A DNA stretch of 34,049 bases from Desulfobacterales bacterium. Lineage in GTDB: Bacteria > Desulfobacterota > Desulfobacteria > Desulfobacterales > UBA11574. Below are positions 23,767 to 32,291 of this stretch, piece by piece. A program made the translations under genes and the position numbers. The notes below the pieces were generated by a model that saw nothing but the letters and a program-made list of their open reading frames with translations, was not told where the DNA came from and did not search any database. Every line of letters starts with the position of its first letter. Position 1 is the stretch's first letter. The stretch is taken from NCBI GenBank assembly GCA_030145595.1, contig JAQYVG010000002.1:1-34049 (forward strand), written 5' to 3'.

Positions 23767-25521
23767 TCAATTCACATGTTCTTTATTGATAGCGTTTTTT
23801 ACTGCCACGCCAATTCTTTCAAATGTATACGGTTTTTGGATAAATTGTCCGGCTCCCAGTCTTTGACATTCTTTGACCCGCTCGGTTTCTGAGAATCCGC
23901 TGGTGATGATGGCTTCCTGGCGCGGACGCAGCTTGATAATTTTTTTATAGGTGTCCAGACCGTCAATGCCCGGATCCATAATCATGTCCAGGACCATTAA
24001 ATCTACGGAGTTGTTTGTAAGATGCTCAACGGCTTCTTCGCCACTGGCGACGGTGGCAACCGAATAGCCCAGGTGGGTCAGGATTCCGGATGCAATTTCT
24101 CTTTGTTCCTGCACATCATCCACAACTAAAATATTCTGACCACTGCCCGTATAGGCTGCCATGGGAACGGTGGTTTGCTTGGCAGAAATCGCTTCTCTGG
24201 TAATCGGAAAATATAACTCGAATGTAGTCCCGACTCCCTCGATACTGTGAACATCTATATAACCCTGATGGTCTTTAACCGTTCCATAAACAACCGCCAT
24301 ACCTAAACCGGATCCGCTGCGGCCCATCACTTTTTTGGTGTAAAAGGGCTCAAAGATTCTATTAAGATCTTCAGGAGCAATGCCTGTCCCGTTATCAGCA
24401 ACCCTTAAAACAACAAATTCTCCCTCATGTATGCTGAGATCGTAACCGTTTATGGGCTTGTCGACATATTGGTTGTTGGTGGATAATGTAACGGTTCCTC
24501 CGTTAGGCAGCGCTTCGGCTGCATTCGTAACCAGATTCATAATCGTTTTGTCAAGGTGCACCGATTTTCCGGCAATGTTCAGCAAATCCGGTTCTATATT
24601 GTTTTCTATTTTAACACCAGGATGATGCAATTTTAGTTTTTGATGCACGGAAGACTGCAAATAAGACGAAACAACATCATTCAAATTGACAACTTCGGTA
24701 CTACTTACGCCTCTGCGTGCCAGCGTTAACAGATCCTGTACAAGTTCCGCCATTCTATTAGACGCTTCCAGTGAAGACTTTAGGTAGCGTAAATTGGGAT
24801 CGTCTTCAGACATGTTCATCAATGCCATTTGAATGTAGCCCGAAATACCCCCTAGTACGTTATTGCTGTCATGCGCGAAACCGCCGGCCAAAAGTCCGAT
24901 AGCTTCCATTTTCTCTGCACGGGTAATTCTTTCCTGCAGTTCTTTTTTCTCTTTTTCCGCCTTCTCAAGCTCGGTTAAATCCATAGCAAAGCCAATGACA
25001 CCGATAACCTTGCCGTCAATATTTTTGTATGGAAACTTATCTACAATTAAAGATTTGCGGCCCTGGGCTGTTGCCAGAATGCCGGTTTTTTGCAGCACCG
25101 GTTTTCCTTTTTGGATTACTTCCGAATCATCATCCAAAACCTGCCCCTTATTGTCGGGAAACAGTTCGGCATGGGTTTTGCCAAGCACCTCATCCATAGG
25201 GATACCAGCAATTTGAATGAATTTTTTATTTACTCGAATATATCTTTGCGCTTTATCTTTATAGAAAATCATTCCCGGTGATGAATCCAGCATTATTTCC
25301 AGTTCACGGCCTTTTGCTTCTAAAATAAGTTGAGTTTCTTTTAATTCTTTGGTGCGCTCGAAAACCTTTTCTTCCAAACTGGACAGCAAACCAAAATAGT
25401 CCTTTGTTGAAGTAGTATATTCATCTTTGGCAACGCAAAGTTCGTTGGTAAGATGCTTTATGCGTGTCTCCAATCGGACGATCTTATCTTCAAGTTTTTT
25501 GCTATTTTCAGATTGTGTCAT
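23767..25521 (-). CDS. Hybrid sensor histidine kinase (coiled-coil, PAS, HisKA, HATPase_c, C-terminal receiver)
   Basis: H-box FAHDSNNVLGGI. N/G boxes NLVTNAAEA, DNGTGI, GSGLGMAVV. Receiver domain ILVVDD...DLMVLDMIMPGIDG...K. I start at the ATG at 25521 (MTQSEN...), which lies 1 nt after the stop of the upstream HDOD gene. Confidence 0.9.
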   Translation of the reverse strand: MTQSENSKKLEDKIVRLETRIKHLTNELCVAKDEYTTSTKDYFGLLSSLEEKVFERTKELKETQLILEAKGRELEIMLDSSPGMIFYKDKAQRYIRVNKKFIQIAGIPMDEVLGKTHAELFPDNKGQVLDDDSEVIQKGKPVLQKTGILATAQGRKSLIVDKFPYKNIDGKVIGVIGFAMDLTELEKAEKEKKELQERITRAEKMEAIGLLAGGFAHDSNNVLGGISGYIQMALMNMSEDDPNLRYLKSSLEASNRMAELVQDLLTLARRGVSSTEVVNLNDVVSSYLQSSVHQKLKLHHPGVKIENNIEPDLLNIAGKSVHLDKTIMNLVTNAAEALPNGGTVTLSTNNQYVDKPINGYDLSIHEGEFVVLRVADNGTGIAPEDLNRIFEPFYTKKVMGRSGSGLGMAVVYGTVKDHQGYIDVHSIEGVGTTFELYFPITREAISAKQTTVPMAAYTGSGQNILVVDDVQEQREIASGILTHLGYSVATVASGEEAVEHLTNNSVDLMVLDMIMDPGIDGLDTYKKIIKLRPRQEAIITSGFSETERVKECQRLGAGQFIQKPYTFERIGVAVKNAINKEHVN

Positions 25522-25522
25522 T

Positions 25523-26401
25523 CTAAAACAAGCCCTGATCTTCCATTTCGTTGAGTTCTCGCATTGCATCCTCTACGATCAAATCCAGTGCATGCGGGTC
25601 CATGTTCAGTTCAGCCAGGCATTGCTGATAAATTTCGTTATTCTGAAAAGGCGTTTCTGAATATCCGATGCTGCTGTTTTGGGAGCAATATTCAGCAACA
25701 TATAATGTCGAAGCAAGTTTAGAGTAGTCCTGTTCAGCCTCAAGGGGGTTGTCATGATATCCGATAGCCCCGGCAATCTCTTGCGGAAGATTCCAATTTT
25801 CGGCGATTGCCATCCCGATATCTGCATGATGTAAGCCGAAAACTTCCTGCTCGGCCTCTGACAAATTCTTTTTTTCATTCTTTGCTATACTCAAAACTTG
25901 GCTAAAGTCGTTTTGCAAAAACTGAGATTCTACGATAATGCCGATGTCATGCAGTAAACCGGCGACATATGCATTTGCACCTCTTTCCTTGAATTCCCTC
26001 CTGTAAATCATTTTCGTGATCAGGGCTACGGCAACACAGTGTTTCCACAAAAAGCGTATTGAATATCCTTCAGCAGAATCATTTTCGTTAAAGATTTCAG
26101 AGACTTTCTGGCTCAGCGCCATTTCTTTTAAAGTGTCGAAGCCTATCCAGATCAACGCTTGCCTAATTTCTCCGATTTTTTTGGGGGGATAATAATAGAC
26201 AGAGTTTGCCACCTTTAGTACTTTGGCGGTCAAGGGAGGATCAACCTCAACCATTTCCTTTAAGTCCCATATCGATGCTTTAGGGTCATTGATGATCCTG
26301 ACGATACCGGAAACGATGCTTTTAATCGAAGAAATTTCGGACCGATTCACCAAAGCTACTAGTTTTTCAAGCTTTTTTTGTTTTTCTTCAGACGGTTCCA
26401 C
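25523..26401 (-). CDS. HDOD domain-containing signalling protein
   Basis: 292 aa. HDOD hallmarks: LKVANSVYY, W-HCVAVA, AGLLHDIGIIV, HHADIG. GTG start with GGAGG 5-6 nt upstream. Confidence 0.88.
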   Translation of the reverse strand: MEPSEEKQKKLEKLVALVNRSEISSIKSIVSGIVRIINDPKASIWDLKEMVEVDPPLTAKVLKVANSVYYYPPKKIGEIRQALIWIGFDTLKEMALSQKVSEIFNENDSAEGYSIRFLWKHCVAVALITKMIYRREFKERGANAYVAGLLHDIGIIVESQFLQNDFSQVLSIAKNEKKNLSEAEQEVFGLHHADIGMAIAENWNLPQEIAGAIGYHDNPLEAEQDYSKLASTLYVAEYCSQNSSIGYSETPFQNNEIYQQCLAELNMDPHALDLIVEDAMRELNEMEDQGLF

Positions 26402-26597
26402 ATCAACCTCCGGTCCATGATCGCATTATATATTTACCTAATTGCATGCAGAAAGGTTTATATCTCATTTGTTTATATCGGTAACCCGGCAAAAAACTTT
26501 AACATGTCTTTGCAAAACCAAAATAGATTTCTTATGAGCAATACTAGATGGAATTATACGCGGGCCAGGCAGGCTTGGAGTGGTGGCTTGTAGTTTC

Positions 26598-27290
26598 TCA
26601 GCGGATTATGCACTTTTGAACCCAGGGTTCCGCCACAGATTTTAAATGCAGAAGTTCATTATGATCATACTTGCAGTTATTATGCTCGAAAAACTCCGGT
26701 TGCAGGACCCCGAAGTTTTTAAATTGCTGGAGGGCGTAGAGCCTTGAACCCTTAATAAGCTGCGCAATGCTTTCAACAACGTTTTGATCCACCAGCGGTT
26801 TTATGCATGTCGTCCTGAATTCATAGGCTATGCCCGATTGCATAATGATTTTAATGCTTGTAAAAATCTGTTCCGGATCGCATTTTTTTTGGATTAAGGG
26901 CGAGTAGTCCCAGGGGTCTGTTTTTATATCCATGGCAATGTAGTCGATAAGACCTTCAGTTAAAAGCCCTGCAATCATTTGCGGCCGGCTTCCATTTGTG
27001 TCCAGTTTTATCGGATAGCCCATTTTTTTAATTTTCGCACAAAGGGCAAAGAGATCTTTATTGAGGGTTGGTTCCCCGCCGGAGAGTACAACCCCGTCTA
27101 AAAAAACTTTACGCCGTTCCAGGAAATCATAAACGCGGTGCTCTTCTAAAACTTGGGCAGGTTTGCCTCTGGCAAGGTCCGGGTTATAGCAATGGGGGCA
27201 TTTGAAATTGCACCCGGAAAAGAAAAGTACACAACTTATTTTTCCGGGGTAATCAATAAAGGAATTTTTTTGCCAGCCGCCGATTATCAT
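26598..27290 (-). CDS. nrdG: Anaerobic ribonucleoside-triphosphate reductase activating protein (radical SAM)
   Basis: N-terminus IGGWQKNSFIDYPGKISCVLFFSGCNFKCPHCYNP carries the CxxxCxxC cluster motif. GGEPT motif. 230 aa. Confidence 0.92.
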   Translation of the reverse strand: MIIGGWQKNSFIDYPGKISCVLFFSGCNFKCPHCYNPDLARGKPAQVLEEHRVYDFLERRKVFLDGVVLSGGEPTLNKDLFALCAKIKKMGYPIKLDTNGSRPQMIAGLLTEGLIDYIAMDIKTDPWDYSPLIQKKCDPEQIFTSIKIIMQSGIAYEFRTTCIKPLVDQNVVESIAQLIKGSRLYALQQFKNFGVLQPEFFEHNNCKYDHNELLHLKSVAEPWVQKCIIR

Positions 27291-27349
27291 AATTACTATA
27301 TTCTTCAGACCATCCTGTTTGGAGCGCTTAATTTCTTTTATAAATGATG

Positions 27350-27402
27350 ATTGTCAATCTTCAACAGTCACTTGTCATTTGTCATTTGTCATTTGTCATT
27401 TG
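27350..27402 (+). repeat. Heptanucleotide tandem repeat, perfect (TTGTCAT)x4 preceded by degenerate units (TTGTCAA TCT TCAACAG TCAC)
   Basis: Direct reading: 27372-27399 is four exact TTGTCAT units followed by TTG. Located 60-110 nt upstream of the nrdG start, on the opposite strand. Confidence 0.85.
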
Positions 27403-27489
27403 AAAAAAGAGCGCTACCTTAAGAATTGCCTAGGTTAAGGGGGAAAAATCTTTTTATCAATAATAATTTCAGCAGTCGGGGAGGTTGCA

Positions 27490-27722
27490 CCATAATGCTT
27501 GGTGCATTAGCGAAACGGATGATCAGATTTTAAAGCGTGTGCTGTTTGAGTATATTAAGAATCGTTGGAAAGAACAGACGTTTCGCCAAAAGCTGCCATC
27601 GCAAGCGATTACCAGCTGTTCAGCAAAACAATTAATATTGTTGCAAAAGCTTCTGTTCTTTCTCTACGAGTCTTTATATACGAGTTCACACGGTTTAAAA
27701 TCTGATTATCCGTTGAGCGGTC
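27490..27722 (+). repeat. Family A long imperfect palindromic repeat, copy A3 (diverged subfamily), in the nrdD-nrdG spacer
   Basis: The outer helix 27515-27541 (ACGGATGATCAGATTTTAAAGCGTGTG) vs 27687-27713 has 25 of 27 Watson-Crick pairs plus 1 G:U. The inner helix around GGAAAGAACAGA / TCTGTTCTTTCTC is conserved with A1 and A2. The apical region differs from A1 and A2. Confidence 0.8.
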
Positions 27723-27779
27723 TTATAGCGAAACCTACCAGACCCATCAGTTATTTGTTAAGACTTTTTCCGGTTAGGG

Positions 27780-29894
27780 TTAGAGGGCGGAAGAGGAATC
27801 CAGACTGAATGTTTTTCTTGCGCCAAATTCAGCTTGCTTGCCGTAATTCCATTGCTTAACCGGCCTTAAATAGCCGACCACCCTTGAGTAGACTTCGGTA
27901 TCCTGTTTGCAGGACGAACATTTATCCTGTCTGCCGTCCAGATAACCGTGAGATGGACATATGCTGAATGTAGGTGTAAGCGTAAAATATGGCAGTCGGA
28001 AATTGGAGGTAGTTTTTTTGATCAGCCCTTTGACAACCTCTGTATCACTGACCTGTTCCCCGAGGAAAATATGGAAAACCGTTCCGCCGGAATATTTTGA
28101 CTGCAGACTATCCTGGAGCATCAGGGATTCAAAAATATCATCGGAATAGTTTACCGGAAGCTGGGTGGAGTTGGTGTAGTATGGAGCGGCTCCTTTGCGA
28201 TATTCAGCTTCGTTGGCACACTGGATATCCGGGAACTGTTTTTTGTCCAGCATGCAGAGGCGATATGAGGTTCCTTCCGCAGGCGTGGCTTCAAGGTTGA
28301 AAATATCGTCGGTTGTATCCTGTGTTTCTGCTATCAAGTCGCGGATAAAATCCATAATTCTCAGAGAAAATGTCTGCCCGGGCTCAGAGGCAATCTCTTT
28401 TCCCATGAAATTTATACAGGCCTCATTCATGCCGATTATTCCGATAGTGGAAAAATGATTCTTCCAGTATAGCCCATTGCCGTTCTTAATCGCTCTTAAA
28501 TAATATTTGGAATAAGGATAGAGATTTCTGTCCGTAAATTTTTCAAGTATCTTCCTTTTAATGGAAAGACTTTCAGCGGCAAGATGCACTTTTTCTTTTA
28601 AACGCGAGCAAAAGTCTTCTTCGTTTTCAGCAAGATATCCGATGCGCGGCAGGTTGATGGTCACCACACCGATCGACCCGGTCAGGGGGTTGGCGCCAAA
28701 CAATCCGCCACCCCTTTTCAAAAGCTCCCGATTGTCAAGACGCAGCCGGCAGCACATGGACCTGGCGTCTTCAGGAGAAAGGTCGGAATTAACAAAGTTG
28801 GAAAAATAGGGGATTCCGTACTTGCCCGTCATTTGCCAGATCATCTCAAAGTTTGGATTGTCCCAGTCAAAATCGGCCGTAATATTATAAGTAGGAATGG
28901 GAAAAGTAAAGACTCTACCCTTGGCATCACCCGCCATCATCACTTCGGCAAAGGCCCTGTTGATCATATCCAATTCCGTCTGGAAATCGGCATATGTCTC
29001 GCTCTGCTCGGTACCACCAATGATGACCGGCTGGTCTTTCAGGATGGTAGGTACATTAAGGTCCATGGTAATGTTGGTGAAGGGCGTCTGGAAACCGACG
29101 CGTGTAGGGATGTTTATGTTAAAAACAAATTCCTGCAGCGCCTGTTTAACCTCTTTGTAATCCAGATTATCAAAGCGTACAAAGGGCGCCAGCAGGGTGT
29201 CAAAGTTTGAAAAAGCCTGGGCGCCTGCGGCCTCGCCCTGCAATGTATAGAAAAAATTGACGATTTGCCCCAGAGCTGATCTGAGATGCTTTGGGGGAGC
29301 ACTTTCGACCTTACCTTCAACGCCTTTGAAACCGGTTTTAAGCAAATCCTGCAGGTCCCATCCCACACAATAAACGGAAAGAAGGCTAAGATCGTGAATA
29401 TGAAAATCGCCGTTAATATGGGCAGACCTGATCTCTGGAGGATAGATACTGTTCAACCAATACTCTGAAGTTACATCTGAAGAGATATAATTGTTAAGGC
29501 CCTGGAGGGAATAGCACATATTGCTGTTTTCTTTGATTTTCCAATCCAGCTTCCTGATATAGTGCTCAACAAGATCAATGCTGGCCTTGGTGGCAATCTT
29601 TCTGATCTGGGCATGCTGTTCTCTGTACAGGATATATGCTTTGGCTGTTTTATAAAAGGGCGAGTCGAGCAGCACCCTTTCAACAATATCCTGAATCTCT
29701 TCGACTTCGGGAATGGGGTCCAGGCGCAGTTCGTGCGCCAGGGTTAAAACGCGAAGCGTCAGCTTGCGGGCATCCCTTTCCTCGAATTCTCCCGTGGCCT
29801 TGCCGGCTTTTGCAATTGCTGTGGTGATTTTCGACGAATCGAACTCGACAGCACTTCCATGGCGTTTTTTTATCTCTTCGAACACAAATGTCAC
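27780..29894 (-). CDS. nrdD: Anaerobic ribonucleoside-triphosphate reductase, class III
   Basis: 704 aa. N-terminal ATP-cone (IKKRHGSAVEFDSSKITTAI). C-terminal Zn-ribbon cysteines (CPSHG...CSSC). Glycyl-radical motif SRVVGYLRPV. GTG start per the track; the GTG three codons downstream is an alternative. Confidence 0.95.
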   Translation of the reverse strand: MTFVFEEIKKRHGSAVEFDSSKITTAIAKAGKATGEFEERDARKLTLRVLTLAHELRLDPIPEVEEIQDIVERVLLDSPFYKTAKAYILYREQHAQIRKIATKASIDLVEHYIRKLDWKIKENSNMCYSLQGLNNYISSDVTSEYWLNSIYPPEIRSAHINGDFHIHDLSLLSVYCVGWDLQDLLKTGFKGVEGKVESAPPKHLRSALGQIVNFFYTLQGEAAGAQAFSNFDTLLAPFVRFDNLDYKEVKQALQEFVFNINIPTRVGFQTPFTNITMDLNVPTILKDQPVIIGGTEQSETYADFQTELDMINRAFAEVMMAGDAKGRVFTFPIPTYNITADFDWDNPNFEMIWQMTGKYGIPYFSNFVNSDLSPEDARSMCCRLRLDNRELLKRGGGLFGANPLTGSIGVVTINLPRIGYLAENEEDFCSRLKEKVHLAAESLSIKRKILEKFTDRNLYPYSKYYLRAIKNGNGLYWKNHFSTIGIIGMNEACINFMGKEIASEPGQTFSLRIMDFIRDLIAETQDTTDDIFNLEATPAEGTSYRLCMLDKKQFPDIQCANEAEYRKGAAPYYTNSTQLPVNYSDDIFESLMLQDSLQSKYSGGTVFHIFLGEQVSDTEVVKGLIKKTTSNFRLPYFTLTPTFSICPSHGYLDGRQDKCSSCKQDTEVYSRVVGYLRPVKQWNYGKQAEFGARKTFSLDSSSAL

Positions 29895-30196
29895 CTCTAC
29901 AACGAATTAGTCGAGACCTTTGAAAAACGCCCCCTTTTGTCCAATCCCGGCGTTAGGCTCAAATTTTAATCCTCGAAATACTAAATGTATGCCTGTGGTT
30001 AAAATTTTCGCCTGCCTTGGCCTTGAACAAAATTGAACATTTTTCAAAGGTCTCTTAGTCTTACAAGTCTCAAGGATGCGTGCTGTTGCAGACAAGACCT
30101 TTGCAAATTTTAAAGATCTCGCAGATATTCGCTTTTAATAATGTCTGCAACAAGACGGGCAGATACGTTATCGGGAAGCTATATGTTTTCAAAAAC
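29895..30196 (-). other. Long (~300 nt) structured 5' leader of nrdD (candidate cis-regulatory RNA)
   Basis: 15-nt perfect inverted repeat GAGACCTTTGAAAAA (29913-29927) / TTTTTCAAAGGTCTC (30040-30054). A third partial copy AGACCTTTGCAAA lies at 30096-30108. An 11-bp inverted repeat pairs 30084-30094 with 30142-30152. The leader length is inferred from the predicted promoter at 30204-30233. Confidence 0.4.
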
Positions 30197-30203
30197 AGTT
30201 CTT

Positions 30204-30256
30204 TTCATAACGCAATATCTTGTTGTTTGTCAATTAGTAATTTCAATATATAGTGC
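30204..30256 (-). promoter_or_regulatory. nrdD promoter with two NrdR boxes
   Basis: Box 1 (30241-30256) is TTTCAATATATAGTGC and box 2 (30210-30225) is ACGCAATATCTTGTTG, compared with the NrdR consensus acaCwAtATaTwGtgt. Centre-to-centre distance is 31 bp. On the minus strand, TTGACA (30233-30228) -N18- TATGAA (30209-30204), with box 2 filling the spacer and box 1 just upstream of the -35. Confidence 0.6.
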
Positions 30257-30306
30257 TATGATGGTAATCTGGGTTAAAGATTTTTAAGCATTACAGATAT
30301 TCCGGC

Positions 30307-31233
30307 TTACTTTTTGGGGTGGGGTTTTTCCCGGGATGTTACCCAGATATAATCGGCGTAATCGCTCTCGACTTCATTTCCGGCAGTTGCCGGATAGATA
30401 GTCCTAAAATCGGCACCTGTCTGCCTGAAGGCCCTGTCCGGTATGCCGAATTTACGGATGATATGGCCGTTTCCGGCTATCACGATCATCAAATCATCCT
30501 TCATATTAAGGGCCACCGAGGCCGCCATGGTATCTTCCCACACGCACTGGGCCTCGTAAAAAAAATCAAAATTATCAATCCCACGGTGCTGGTTGTAGAT
30601 TTTCTCCACATAAGCCCTGTGAGCGTCGTTGGAAGTGTCGATGTTTGGGGGAATGTGCTTTCTATCATCGTCAAGCAAATTCTCGATACCTCCCAATGCT
30701 ATTTTTTTAGGGATATGGAAAGGGACATTCAGGCCTACCAGTCGGATCTTTTCCTGCTGGATAAATTCAAAAATATCTTTGTATAATTCAAAATCCCATT
30801 TCCAGTTGGCATACCAGTGCACCTTTTGTAAAAACGTTTTTTGATCCAGTTCGCCGGCTGACCAGAGATCTAATATAGGCTGGTAGGTTTGATCGAACAT
30901 TTCCATACCGACGACAATATTAGGATGAGTCTTGTAAACTGCTTTGATTATATCAAGCTGAATGCGATGATGAGCCGGGTCAAAATGGTTCTCCCCTATA
31001 TATATTACCCGAACTCCGGCCAGGTCCGCCATTAACTCATCAAAAGATACCGCTTCTCCCGTTTTTGTGGAAATGATAATTCCTGCATCGAAAAAAGTCG
31101 ACGAGTCCTTTATGAAAAGTCTTTTTGGTGCCACAGTGCACCCCCACATTAAACTCATTAAGGCTGCGCAGAAACAAGCTCTACATAACCATTTTATTAG
31201 TCTGATTTTATTTTGATGTTGAACTTGTTTCAT
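30307..31233 (-). CDS. ChaN-family (haem-binding uptake/Tiki superfamily) lipoprotein
   Basis: Lipobox LMWGC. Motif VIYIGENHFDPAHHRIQLDII is typical of ChaN/DUF399 proteins. 308 aa. Confidence 0.7.
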   Translation of the reverse strand: MKQVQHQNKIRLIKWLCRACFCAALMSLMWGCTVAPKRLFIKDSSTFFDAGIIISTKTGEAVSFDELMADLAGVRVIYIGENHFDPAHHRIQLDIIKAVYKTHPNIVVGMEMFDQTYQPILDLWSAGELDQKTFLQKVHWYANWKWDFELYKDIFEFIQQEKIRLVGLNVPFHIPKKIALGGIENLLDDDRKHIPPNIDTSNDAHRAYVEKIYNQHRGIDNFDFFYEAQCVWEDTMAASVALNMKDDLMIVIAGNGHIIRKFGIPDRAFRQTGADFRTIYPATAGNEVESDYADYIWVTSREKPHPKK

Positions 31234-31305
31234 CTGTTTATTGCTTTTGTTGTCGCTTACATGTTAAAAGTTATACACTAATCGAGCGCAACGCCCGATG
31301 TCCGT

Positions 31306-31340
31306 TGACACATTGAGTTTTAACTCAATTAGGTTTATAG
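31306..31340 (+). promoter_or_regulatory. Family C copy C2: perfect palindrome ATTGAGTT-TT-AACTCAAT plus a weaker promoter (TTGAGT-N17-TATAGA)
   Basis: Palindrome at 31312-31329. Lies in the divergent region between the ChaN gene (72-100 nt from its start) and the small membrane protein gene (ATG at 31428). Preceded by ATGTCCGTTGACAC heptad words, like C1. Confidence 0.4.
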
Positions 31341-31427
31341 AGTCGTTTGGCGATTTTATAACTGGTTAATTATAAATTGGCAATACTATATATCTTTTAG
31401 TCTGAACGATTTGAAAAGCTTTGTGTT

Positions 31428-31685
31428 ATGCGTCTAGACCAAAACCCAATGTTTAGAAAAATTATTGTTCCCTGGTACGACTCTGAGGCCGCATGCTTAA
31501 TTATGATTGTATTCATGTTCTTTGTTTTGCTGTTCGCTTTTGCCGGTGTCTCGGTTGCTCGTGAATACTTTGAGTATCATGGACACATTTGGGTTCCCGT
31601 TCTATTAATGGTAATGAGCTGCGCGGTGATCGTTTCCACTATAATCCGGTTGATTAAAAGATACGCCTATAAATTTTCTAAATAG
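31428..31685 (+). CDS. Small hypothetical membrane protein (2 predicted TM helices)
   Basis: 85-aa ORF with two hydrophobic stretches (CLIMIVFMFFVLLFAFAGVSV and VPVLLMVMSCAVIVSTII). No recognisable family. A possible promoter lies in C2. Confidence 0.5.
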   Translation: MRLDQNPMFRKIIVPWYDSEAACLIMIVFMFFVLLFAFAGVSVAREYFEYHGHIWVPVLLMVMSCAVIVSTIIRLIKRYAYKFSK

Positions 31686-31688
31686 ACA

Positions 31689-32291
31689 CTAAATAAGATA
31701 TCGTTTTTTATCAATAAAAGGATACAAAAGTTCTATGAAGTGATGCAGTATTCTGGCGGTAACACCCCAAATGACCACATCCTTTAAAGGATATTCAAGA
31801 GTATCGGTCGGCGGCGAGATACCGTGAAAGCCGGCCATAATATGAGTTTTGACAAGCGCTTTCAAAGGTACATCAAGCACTCTGGCAATTTCATTTGCGT
31901 CGAACCGCACGGGTCCCTCTTGGTTCCATAAGCCTATAAACACCTGGATGTCTTTATGGTTGATGGTTTGAAAATGTCCCATTGAACCGATAAAGTCAAC
32001 CTGACTGCGGGTGATGTTAAGCTCTTCTTCAAGTTCACGATAGGCGGCATCAACAGGACCTGCATCTTTCAATTCTACATGGCCGCCGGGCAGAGCCACT
32101 TGATTCCGCCACGGATATCCTTCGTTGTCGGATTTCTGGATCGCTAAAATTCGAGGCTCATCTTCGCCAAAGAGCAACATAAACACACAGGTCGGCTGAT
32201 AGGCGCTATCAGCCGGCGGCTGAGGAAGTTTTGCATTCCGGATGATTTTTTTAAGACAGGCAGAATCAAATTGGTCTATTGTTTTTGCCAT
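31689..32291 (-). CDS. NUDIX hydrolase (CoA pyrophosphatase-like)
   Basis: Nudix box GGHVELKDAGPVDAAYRELEEELNI (Gx5Ex7REUxEExGU). 200 aa. Confidence 0.85.
   Translation of the reverse strand: MAKTIDQFDSACLKKIIRNAKLPQPPADSAYQPTCVFMLLFGEDEPRILAIQKSDNEGYPWRNQVALPGGHVELKDAGPVDAAYRELEEELNITRSQVDFIGSMGHFQTINHKDIQVFIGLWNQEGPVRFDANEIARVLDVPLKALVKTHIMAGFHGISPPTDTLEYPLKDVVIWGVTARILHHFIELLYPFIDKKRYLI

Noticed and set aside
27508-27734. 9-bp direct repeat TAGCGAAAC (27508-27516 and 27726-27734) as a target-site duplication of A3
   Set aside because: The left copy lies inside sequence that is conserved in fragment A4 (TTAGCGCAATGG), and the AGCG.AA.GG motif is also present in A1 and A2. It is therefore part of the element rather than duplicated target. 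It remains unexplained but is not good evidence for transposition.
27485-27808. 107-aa + strand ORF across family A copy A3, and 35-aa mini-ORFs in A1 (3982-4089) and A2 beginning MDDLFLKRVLFEC
   Set aside because: The A1 and A2 mini-ORFs differ almost only by non-synonymous changes (K/R, VS/DP, I/A, Y/R, C/S). The frame is not preserved in A3 or A4, and there is no SD. The conservation follows the palindrome arms, not a reading frame.
29907-30095. 62-aa TTG-initiated ORF in the nrdD leader
   Set aside because: It has a weak start and no SD, and its composition is dictated by the inverted repeats. It is more simply explained as a noncoding leader.
29895-30196. Cobalamin riboswitch upstream of nrdD
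   Set aside because: I looked for a B12 box (GCCACTG-type core) and the AGGGAA/GGTGAAA elements on the minus strand and found none. No other riboswitch core that I know is visible.
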